Shown: positions 20,301 to 26,327 of the stretch, one piece after another | How positions within the stretch are numbered: position 1 is the first letter of the stretch | Layout of the letters: every line of letters begins with the position of its first letter | Virus record (IMG/VR): IMGVR_UViG_3300042398_000319 | Location: 1-64,000 of that record | Direction: 5' to 3' (one strand) | DNA length: 64,000 bases | Origin: a virus | Translations under genes and position numbers: made by a program | The notes under the pieces: generated by a model | Told to the model about the DNA's origin: nothing | Databases searched by the model: none | The model's input: the letters and a program-made list of their open reading frames with translations, nothing else

Positions 20301-22477
20301 CTTCTTCATTACGTGCACCAATCTTCTACGACAGCAACAACACAGGTTATTACTTAGACCCAAATGGCAACAGTGCATTAACTACTGCAATATTTTATGT
20401 AAATGGGTCTTCTGATATAACGCTTACGTCAGCTGGCACAAACGCTTCTATGATAAAAGCGGGATCTGGCGATGAGTTGTATGTTGGCGGTAATAATACT
20501 TGGCAAATGCGGTTTAGTGGCGCTAATGTTTTAATGGATAACGGTGGTTATTTGTTAAATGGTGAATCTATTAGATCGCCAATCTTCTACGACAGCAACG
20601 ACACAAGCTATTATTTAGATCCAACTAGCGGCACTACATCATTAAAAGTTGGTGGCGCTTTATCTCAAGGTTCTTTAGTTTCTAGACCTTACGCTGTTTG
20701 GGGCGCAAGTGGCGATTCAACTGGTGCAGTAGTTATTAAACTTCCCGGTGGCACTGGAAATTACGGCATGATTCATGCGGTAATTGATATTTACGAATAC
20801 AACGGAAACAATGTTTCAACAATAATTATTGGCGGTCATAACTGGGCGGGTGCATGGTACAACATTGGTGCTAATGTAACGGGCTACACAAATAAGCCTG
20901 TTCGTTTATGTACTGTTGGTGGGCAATACGCAATTGTTATTGGAAGCGATAGTTCTGTTTGGTCATATGGACAAGTTGTTCTAAGAAAAATTCAGAACGG
21001 TGCGTATTACGCAGGCATTATGGATTTGGGTGGTTCATATAGTATTTATCAAACAACATCTGTTGGCGCTTCTTGGGATTCTGGCGACATAAATAATTTT
21101 AGGTCGACTACAATTACAAGTATTGGTTCTACACGTGCTCCAATTTTTTATGATTACAACGACACCAACTACTATATAGATCCAAATTCAAGTTCTTTGG
21201 TTTATGATTTAAGAGCTGCAAACAGGTTATATGTTGGTAATGGTTCTCAATTGACAATAAACTATGATCAAATCTGGAGAGCAGATGGTGGTCAATTGCA
21301 TTTGCAATACAGTTCAGCTGGTAATATTAATATGTGTAACGGAGGTGGTTATGCCTACTCTGTAACTTCATTACGTGCACCTATCTTTTACGATACTGAT
21401 AATACAGGGTATTACTCTGATCCTGCAAATACTTCTTATATGAATTATTTGATTTTATCTGGTAATTATTATTTCAGACCGAACAATTGGATTCAGATGG
21501 ATAGTGCTGCTGGTATCTACTGGCCAAATCATTATGGTGCACACCTTGAGGCTAACACAGGTAGTACTCACACTCAAATTAAGCTTCGTGGTAGCAAAAA
21601 TAGCTATGGCGGTATTTGGGATGAATACAGTGGTGTTAATATTTCAATGTTTGATAGTGCTGGTAATGGAGGTGTTTATCGTGAAGGTAATGGTAGGTGG
21701 CAAACATACTATCATATGGGTAATGATTGTATGGGTATCGGTACTTCAGGTACTAGTTCTACTTATAGTCTTTACCTAAACAAAGGCGTATATGCACAGT
21801 CTCGTATTGATGCAACAATTTTCTATGATACCAATAACACAGGTTACTATTGTGATCCAAACGATACTAGTAGTTTCTATCGTTTGAACATCAACAATAA
21901 CGTCTACTTTACAAACTATGGTAGAGGTATGGTTGGAGAGTATGCATCAACCAGATACCAAGCAGTGTTTGCTATGGGTGACTCTTATAAAATGTCGGAT
22001 GACGGTACTAGCTTATCTAACATGTACGGTATTGCTTGGTCACACCCTAACACTGGTGGTGCTGCAGGTAATTTAACTGATCATGGTATGTTAATTATTA
22101 ACAATGGTAGTTTCCGTTGTGCTATTTCAAACTCTATTGTTGCTTCTGCTAACATTACAGCTTACTCAGATGAACGACTTAAGACTAATTGGCGTGATAT
22201 GCCAGAGAATTATGTTGATCGTTTAGCTAAAGTTAAAGTTGGTATTTACGACCGTATTGATGAAGAAGACGTAACTCAGGTTGGTGTTTCAGCACAGTCA
22301 TTCCAAGAATTGCTTCCACAAGCAATTATGACGGCTAGTGATGAAATGAAAACTCTTTCGGTTAACTATGGTGGTGCTGCTTTGGCTTCCTCTGTAGAAT
22401 TAGCTAAAGAAGTTGTGGACTTAAAAGCAAGAGTGGCTCAATTAGAGACACTTATTGAAAAATTAATTAAGGAATAA
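17354..22477 (+). CDS. long tail fibre protein 2 with C-terminal intramolecular chaperone domain
   Basis: 1707 aa; NLYFTDARAR, TALGFTPYNATNP and RAPIFYD repeats; C-terminal AYSDERLK plus coiled coil. Confidence 0.85.
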   Translation: MSIPRNLSKLAEGTDSSGILGIAYGGTGGSSQADAKAALGLHAVATSGSYSDLLNKPTTANIIENTNLYFTDARARASVSASGSLSYNSATGVFSYTTPSTSGISEGTNLYYTDARARGALSASTGISYNSTTGAISTTITQYTDTLARGAVSASGDLSYNSTTGVFSYTTPSTSGIVEGTNLYFTDARARASISVTGAGSYNSTTGVINIVGGVTSFNTRTGAITLSSADVTGALGFTPYNATNPSGYLTGITSSQVTTALGFTPYNATNPNGYITGITSSNVTTALGFTPYNATNPSGYISGITSGMVTTALGYTPYNSSNPSGYITSAALGSYLPLSGGTLTGDLRLSTIRDTSGIWILGKYGSEISLGSAGAVNDIRFNSSSAAAFEYRGNSILHAGNYTSYTDSRWGGFTVNQFNDRNIRYYGNSTADLGFAGLNSSGSFRWQLYGNGTDYGFLSSVWGSWDLRKTINGNFHINENVALHAGNYTSYAPTLTGGGASGTWSINATGTAGSISGYNNPTTAATANTIVYRDGNAHITGNYILGSYFNASAGNSENPTIGQVWTQSTGDNYLRKSTPGHFISQLGLVTTSNYSSYALPLSGGTLTGDVNTTANLSIGGRSIRPFENNSFIEFYVGGDANTYYPVRFDVYAFYHFGRWSISRNYGEPAPWDPIGTGAHKGGLTLTWEWSGDGAWGGNDKTMRVVQFAESYTTMVGGMALSVNGIIVWLRGGNAYYRFHGPGGILNGATPYYSTYTASNGSTFSPRSYNASTVTSEVTNRMPVRGESEHWDGGNRVLHAGNYSSYALPLSGGTVTGHLITNHQGNGSPSITVNNGGSENWRAIKVTAAAGEDNFGIGYSNTSHSVFSRNNLSFHCGTGDSVRFHSNGWDTLFEVAGATGNAWLKGGLGIGIIPDVRLSVNGDSHFSGVVHLGGTAGSYNSWGSRDYTTSGNRYFNANSYNFDNYGYGSNWSFTLSGGNGQASSSLRAPIFYDSNNTGYYLDPNGNSALTTAIFYVNGSSDITLTSAGTNASMIKAGSGDELYVGGNNTWQMRFSGANVLMDNGGYLLNGESIRSPIFYDSNDTSYYLDPTSGTTSLKVGGALSQGSLVSRPYAVWGASGDSTGAVVIKLPGGTGNYGMIHAVIDIYEYNGNNVSTIIIGGHNWAGAWYNIGANVTGYTNKPVRLCTVGGQYAIVIGSDSSVWSYGQVVLRKIQNGAYYAGIMDLGGSYSIYQTTSVGASWDSGDINNFRSTTITSIGSTRAPIFYDYNDTNYYIDPNSSSLVYDLRAANRLYVGNGSQLTINYDQIWRADGGQLHLQYSSAGNINMCNGGGYAYSVTSLRAPIFYDTDNTGYYSDPANTSYMNYLILSGNYYFRPNNWIQMDSAAGIYWPNHYGAHLEANTGSTHTQIKLRGSKNSYGGIWDEYSGVNISMFDSAGNGGVYREGNGRWQTYYHMGNDCMGIGTSGTSSTYSLYLNKGVYAQSRIDATIFYDTNNTGYYCDPNDTSSFYRLNINNNVYFTNYGRGMVGEYASTRYQAVFAMGDSYKMSDDGTSLSNMYGIAWSHPNTGGAAGNLTDHGMLIINNGSFRCAISNSIVASANITAYSDERLKTNWRDMPENYVDRLAKVKVGIYDRIDEEDVTQVGVSAQSFQELLPQAIMTASDEMKTLSVNYGGAALASSVELAKEVVDLKARVAQLETLIEKLIKE

Positions 22478-22479
22478 TT

Positions 22480-22827
22480 ATGGCAATTGCATTTACAATT
22501 AAAATTAACGGTATCCGTACCGCTACAGTAAACGGATTAGAAAACACAGTAAAACAAGTTGAATGGACTTTAACTGGTGAAGATGCTGGTCAGAAGTTTG
22601 AATTACCACATACAACAAATCTTGGTGATCCTGACTCTTCCAACTTTGTACCATTGAGTAGTTTGACAGAAGCTGCTGTTATGGCTTGGGTTGAAGCTAC
22701 AGATGAACGCATTCCTAATATCAAAGCACATATCCAATATGTGTTAGAAAAGGAAATTGCTAGAGCATCTCTAACCTCTACACCAATGCCTTGGGCACCA
22801 GCACCTGAAGTACCAGCTGAGGCATAA
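22480..22827 (+). CDS. tail-fibre-associated small protein (paralog of 16958..17323)
   Basis: FVPLSSLTEAAVMAWV...PMPWAPAPE. Confidence 0.65.
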   Translation: MAIAFTIKINGIRTATVNGLENTVKQVEWTLTGEDAGQKFELPHTTNLGDPDSSNFVPLSSLTEAAVMAWVEATDERIPNIKAHIQYVLEKEIARASLTSTPMPWAPAPEVPAEA

Positions 22828-22835
22828 GCTTAATC

Positions 22836-23459
22836 ATGGCTGGATACCTTCAAGGCAGTGGATCAATATCCCTGTCTCAAATTAACTCCGTCTTTGATGG
22901 CCGTGGGCTTAACATAGGGGCTTATAGAGGTACTGCTTGGTATACAGCCGGTGGTGGCTCTGGCACATTTCCAACTTCGGGATCACTTGCTTTTGATTAT
23001 TTTTATGGTAAAGGCCCAAATCCTGCATTTACAGTAGCTTATTCAAGTGGCTTTGGTAATGGTTACTTTATTGATGATGTGTTCTACTCCTTCGGAGAAC
23101 CAGCTGGCGCAGGTATTCGGTGGAATACCAATGGAACTATGGATCAATACGGGTATGATTTTGGATATCAACCTCTTGGGGAAACTTGGGGGAATCCAAC
23201 TACTTCTGGGATAGGCTCAAACTACTGGATTCGGTTTACCCGAACAGCAACAGACGGTTTTGGTGCAGCTGCTGCTTCTACTGCTTCTACTGGTTGGGTT
23301 CAATTAGATTCCCCAGGTAGAGAAATCACTATTTACCAAGCCTCAGCTACCCAAATTAGTGCTACATATACTGTAGAAATATCTTCAAGCTCTTCAGGCT
23401 CACCTGTATTAACTACACGAACTGGTATTACTATTGGACTATCTAATGGTTACCTCTAA
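22836..23459 (+). CDS. putative tail-tip adhesin-like virion protein
   Basis: Gly/aromatic-rich, N-terminal LQGSGSISLSQIN; located after the fibre genes. Confidence 0.45.
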   Translation: MAGYLQGSGSISLSQINSVFDGRGLNIGAYRGTAWYTAGGGSGTFPTSGSLAFDYFYGKGPNPAFTVAYSSGFGNGYFIDDVFYSFGEPAGAGIRWNTNGTMDQYGYDFGYQPLGETWGNPTTSGIGSNYWIRFTRTATDGFGAAAASTASTGWVQLDSPGREITIYQASATQISATYTVEISSSSSGSPVLTTRTGITIGLSNGYL

Positions 23460-23484
23460 TTAAAAGATAATTAAACAAATATAA

Positions 23485-23513
23485 CAGGAAGTCACTACCT
23501 GACATTTAGTGAC
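23485..23513 (+). ncRNA. predicted H-type pseudoknot upstream of RBS
   Basis: S1 CAGG/CCUG, L1 AA, S2 GUCACUA/UAGUGAC (7 bp), L3 ACAUU. Confidence 0.55.
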
Positions 23514-23533
23514 AATTTAAAAAGGAAATTAAA

Positions 23534-23767
23534 ATGGGAAAAAATGAAAAGACCCCTGTAAATATCGATGGCGTAGAATACAAGTATGAGGACATGAGTC
23601 AGCAACAACAAATGTTGTTAAACCATGTTGCAGACTTAGATCGCAAAATTGACTCCTCTAAATTTAACTTGGATCAACTCCAAGTAGGTCGTAACACGTT
23701 CTTTGATATGCTTAAGAAGGCTTTGTCAGAAGAGCAACCAGCAGAGACTCAACCAGTACCTGCTTAA
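23534..23767 (+). CDS. hypothetical protein (coiled coil)
   Basis: 77 aa, AAGGAA RBS, last gene before a terminator. Confidence 0.7.
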   Translation: MGKNEKTPVNIDGVEYKYEDMSQQQQMLLNHVADLDRKIDSSKFNLDQLQVGRNTFFDMLKKALSEEQPAETQPVPA

Positions 23768-23774
23768 AGTTAAT

Positions 23775-23804
23775 GGTCACCCTGTAAAAAGGGTGGCCTT
23801 TTTT
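23775..23804 (+). terminator. intrinsic terminator ending the tail module
   Basis: GGTCACCCT-gtaaaa-AGGGTGGCC followed by T6. Confidence 0.85.
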
Positions 23805-23809
23805 ATCAA

Positions 23810-23851
23810 AAAAAGTGAGAAAAATGACGTATCTATAATGAAGAAATATCA
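23810..23851 (+). promoter_or_regulatory. early promoter-like direct repeat, copy 1
   Basis: AAAAAGTGAGAAAAATGACGTATCTATAATGAAGAAATATCA, identical to 24016-24057; contains TATAAT. Confidence 0.7.
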
Positions 23852-23892
23852 TAATGATAGAGTACTCAATTTAATAACTTTGAAAGATATTC

Positions 23893-24015
23893 ATGACACA
23901 TGTAGATAAACTGGTTATGGCTCTTGGTAATCGCATCCCTAATTCTCGAAGATTAGCTTTAAAGGACTTAACTCCTGCTGCTATTAATCGTTTATTTAGG
24001 ATGAAAAATACCTAG
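23893..24015 (+). CDS. small hypothetical early protein (40 aa)
   Basis: MTHVDKLVMALGNRIPNSRRLALKDLTPAAINRLFRMKNT*, fills the gap between the two repeats; below the ORF-track cutoff. Confidence 0.5.
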   Translation: MTHVDKLVMALGNRIPNSRRLALKDLTPAAINRLFRMKNT

Positions 24016-24057
24016 AAAAAGTGAGAAAAATGACGTATCTATAATGAAGAAATATCA
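24016..24057 (+). promoter_or_regulatory. early promoter-like direct repeat, copy 2
   Basis: 42-bp exact copy of 23810-23851; similarity continues imperfectly for about 30 bp (AGTACTCAATTTA). Confidence 0.7.
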
Positions 24058-24101
24058 ATAAAGATAAAGTACTCAATTTAGTAAACTTAAGGAAAGTTAA
24101 A

Positions 24102-24365
24102 ATGTTAAAAGTATTAATTGCAGTGTCTATTGCATTATTGTCTAGTACCGCCATGGCATCTAAACATGAAAAGTATGTAGATATGTTAATAGAAGAAGGA
24201 GTTTTTAAAGTAGAAGAAAAGGCTAAAGTTATCTGTCAAATGGATGCTTTAGAGGCTTCATTCTATGCTTTCGATAAGGAATTAAAGAAAGCAAAAGACC
24301 CCTTTGCTGTTAAACCAGTAGATCCCTACAAGGTTATAGCAGTATGTAATAAGAAACACAACTGA
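24102..24365 (+). CDS. hypothetical exported protein
   Basis: Signal-peptide-like MLKVLIAVSIALLSSTAMA; AAGGAA RBS; the TGA stop lies in the hammerhead core. Confidence 0.7.
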   Translation: MLKVLIAVSIALLSSTAMASKHEKYVDMLIEEGVFKVEEKAKVICQMDALEASFYAFDKELKKAKDPFAVKPVDPYKVIAVCNKKHN

Positions 24366-24407
24366 TGAGTCTTTATGAGACGAAACCGCTGAGAAGCGGT
24401 CTTGTGT
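24356..24407 (+). ncRNA. type I hammerhead ribozyme
   Basis: Stem I ACACAA/UUGUGU; core CUGAUGA; stem II GUCU/AGAC; GAAA; stem III CCGCU-GAGA-AGCGG; GUC cleavage triplet, predicted cut after C24401. Confidence 0.92.
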
Positions 24408-24434
24408 ATTTTCCCCTTAACTATGGAGTTTAAA

Positions 24435-24923
24435 ATGAAAAAGTTCTTGATCGCAGTGTCTTTAAGTGTTGCCGCAGTATCCTCTTTTGCAGAAGAATCT
24501 TTCTGTAAACATAAAGAAGTACTTAAGGTAGGCACTTATGGTGCATTAGCAGGTGCAGCAGCATCTTTGTTAATCCCTGGTGCAGGTCCAGTAATTGCTA
24601 CAAGTATTCTTACAGGTACAGTAGTAACTACAGGTAATGTAGCAGTGTGTGCGTTTGATGAGAAGGATCGTAAGGACAAATTAGCTGCATTCAAAAAAGC
24701 TAACTCTGAACCTACATCTTTTGATAAAGCAGTGGCTAAGCCTGTAGAAGATCGTAGCATAACTGATAAAGCTGTAATCAGCCTTACTCAGGACTACGTC
24801 AATGCAGTTGTTAAGCCAGTAGAAGATCGTAGTATTAAAGAGCAAGCAGTTGTTACAATTTCACAAGGCTACACAAAAGCCCAAGAAAGTGTATCAAAAG
24901 CTTACAGTAACCTTACTAAATAA
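24435..24923 (+). CDS. hypothetical exported/membrane protein with glycine-zipper-like segment
   Basis: Signal-peptide-like MKKFLIAVSLSVAAVSSFA; GALAGAAA..PGAG; KPVEDRSI repeated twice; GGAG RBS before ATG 24435. Confidence 0.7.
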   Translation: MKKFLIAVSLSVAAVSSFAEESFCKHKEVLKVGTYGALAGAAASLLIPGAGPVIATSILTGTVVTTGNVAVCAFDEKDRKDKLAAFKKANSEPTSFDKAVAKPVEDRSITDKAVISLTQDYVNAVVKPVEDRSIKEQAVVTISQGYTKAQESVSKAYSNLTK

Positions 24924-24931
24924 GAGGATAT

Positions 24932-25027
24932 ATGTCAGAAACTTTCTTTGATATGGTATTGGCGGTTATAATTGCACTTGTGCTTGTACTCGCTATTCTT
25001 CACGGTTTGGATGCATTAATTTACTAA
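24932..25027 (+). CDS. small membrane protein (31 aa)
   Basis: MSETFFDMVLAVIIALVLVLAILHGLDALIY*; GAGGA RBS. Confidence 0.55.
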   Translation: MSETFFDMVLAVIIALVLVLAILHGLDALIY

Positions 25028-25036
25028 GGATCTGTT

Positions 25037-25144
25037 ATGACATACTTTGTTTATAACAAAAAAGGTTATTTGATTACAACTACTACAAGTGTAGAAGAAC
25101 TGAATAAGTTCCTACCTGAACTAGTAGATGTAATTATTTACTAA
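25037..25144 (+). CDS. small hypothetical protein (35 aa)
   Basis: MTYFVYNKKGYL...IIY*; AAGGA RBS. Confidence 0.5.
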   Translation: MTYFVYNKKGYLITTTTSVEELNKFLPELVDVIIY

Positions 25145-25147
25145 TCC

Positions 25148-25222
25148 TTCTCGGATAGAGAGACCCTCCAGGGTATGTACTGGACTTTCTCAGCAGAGAG
25201 ACCTCTTGGGGTAAGTACCAAG
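25148..25222 (+). ncRNA. tandem structured RNA motif (two units of hairpin plus mini-pseudoknot)
   Basis: Each unit is TTCTC-N4/5-GAGAG-ACC-Y-stem-GGTAWGTA-stem. The stems covary: TCCAG/CTGGA versus CTTGG/CCAAG. Confidence 0.65.
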
Positions 25223-25245
25223 TTCTTTTAATTTTTGGAGTTAAA

Positions 25246-25491
25246 ATGAGTAAATTTCTTTTGTTAAACCCGCTGTATGGAGATAACTTCGGAATTACAG
25301 CGCAAGAAATTATTGAATCATTAGAGGAATTTGGTCTTACCTACATCTTCTCAAATGACACTAAAGGTATACCGGCAATTTATGCCACAAGTAGATCTAA
25401 AGAGTTAATTGAAAGAATGTGTAATGAAGTACAACTTGATGGTTCTATCATCGAGTTTACTACAATCTATGACCAAGTAATCGAGGATTAA
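25246..25491 (+). CDS. hypothetical protein
   Basis: 81 aa, GGAG RBS. Confidence 0.7.
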   Translation: MSKFLLLNPLYGDNFGITAQEIIESLEEFGLTYIFSNDTKGIPAIYATSRSKELIERMCNEVQLDGSIIEFTTIYDQVIED

Positions 25492-25494
25492 ATA

Positions 25495-25749
25495 ATGCCT
25501 AGACTAACTTTAAAAGCTGGTGATTATACCATTGAAGCCGTTCAGTACAATGCCTTTGACTCTGTTGAAGTAACTGTATATGATGACTTCTTACAAGCTG
25601 TAGTATCTCCTAAATTGTATGATGTTAAATCAGCATACATGACTGGAGAAAGTGTAGCTTCTGTTCTTACAGAATCTGCGGAAGATTTCCGTAGAATCTT
25701 TAAAGCAGTTGAAGATCTAGTCTTTGTAGATAAAAAACTTGGAGTTTAA
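25495..25749 (+). CDS. hypothetical protein
   Basis: 84 aa, GAGGA RBS. Confidence 0.7.
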   Translation: MPRLTLKAGDYTIEAVQYNAFDSVEVTVYDDFLQAVVSPKLYDVKSAYMTGESVASVLTESAEDFRRIFKAVEDLVFVDKKLGV

Positions 25750-25750
25750 A

Positions 25751-26005
25751 ATGTGCAATAAATGCTTATTTAATCCTTCACCAGTTAACATTTCAGATGA
25801 AGAAGGTTATGTTTATCAAGTTGGTAAAGAGATCTACAATTATGTTAAGGCTAAACACGAGCCACATTCTTTAGATTTCTTTAATCATGTTGGTAAGGAA
25901 CTTGATCTCTGGAAAGCTAACCCTTTAGCAAATGTCAATCAACGATTTAAGAGAATTGGTCATGTCAACACAATCAGGTACAGCGGGAAAGTCCAAGAAG
26001 TATAA
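25751..26005 (+). CDS. hypothetical protein
   Basis: GGAG RBS before ATG 25751. Confidence 0.65.
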   Translation: MCNKCLFNPSPVNISDEEGYVYQVGKEIYNYVKAKHEPHSLDFFNHVGKELDLWKANPLANVNQRFKRIGHVNTIRYSGKVQEV

Positions 26006-26162
26006 CATATTTCAAATTCTACTTGTAGAATGGTTTATGTACTTCGTAATACTAGTACTACTAGATGGAGACACTAACAGCATGGAGGAATGTGCTGGTG
26101 GTGCTTTCATGTTGTTAGCGCTAATACGAGGCTTCCTTTTTATAAAGAAACAGAAATCTTGA
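25962..26162 (+). CDS. small membrane protein
   Basis: Two hydrophobic segments; start uncertain. Confidence 0.45.
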   Translation: MSTQSGTAGKSKKYNIFQILLVEWFMYFVILVLLDGDTNSMEECAGGAFMLLALIRGFLFIKKQKS

Positions 26163-26195
26163 ACTCCCTGCCAGCGGGAGTATAATCTAGCTGGC
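26163..26195 (+). ncRNA. predicted H-type pseudoknot
   Basis: S1 ACUCCC/GGGAGU, L1 U, S2 GCCAGC/GCUGGC, L3 AUAAUCUA; starts right after a stop codon. Confidence 0.7.
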
Positions 26196-26233
26196 TTTTC
26201 TTATCAAAAATAATAATAACAATAAAGGTATTT

Positions 26234-26323
26234 ATGAACGTTTGGAAAGCATGTCTTATTGTAGGTTTAATTTATCTAGCACGTAAAGTTGTAACTTACA
26301 TGGAGAATGCGGAAGCAGAATAA
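26234..26323 (+). CDS. small hypothetical protein (29 aa)
   Basis: MNVWKACLIVGLIYLARKVVTYMENAEAE*; AAGG RBS; immediately upstream of the RNAP gene. Confidence 0.45.
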   Translation: MNVWKACLIVGLIYLARKVVTYMENAEAE

Positions 26324-26327
26324 AGGA

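Noticed and set aside
16575-22200. Possible diversity-generating retroelement TR/VR pair among fibre repeats and C-termini
   Set aside because: No reverse transcriptase in the window, and differences between copies are not adenine-specific; they are explained by paralogy.
23703-23909. 68-aa ORF in the track
   Set aside because: Crosses a terminator and the promoter-like repeat; no RBS.
23810-24057. CRISPR-like repeat
   Set aside because: Only two copies, separated by 164 bp containing an ORF; no cas genes.
26163-26195. Stop-codon readthrough or frameshift role for the pseudoknots
   Set aside because: No spacer between stop codon and stem 1, no slippery heptamer noticed and no evident extended ORF.
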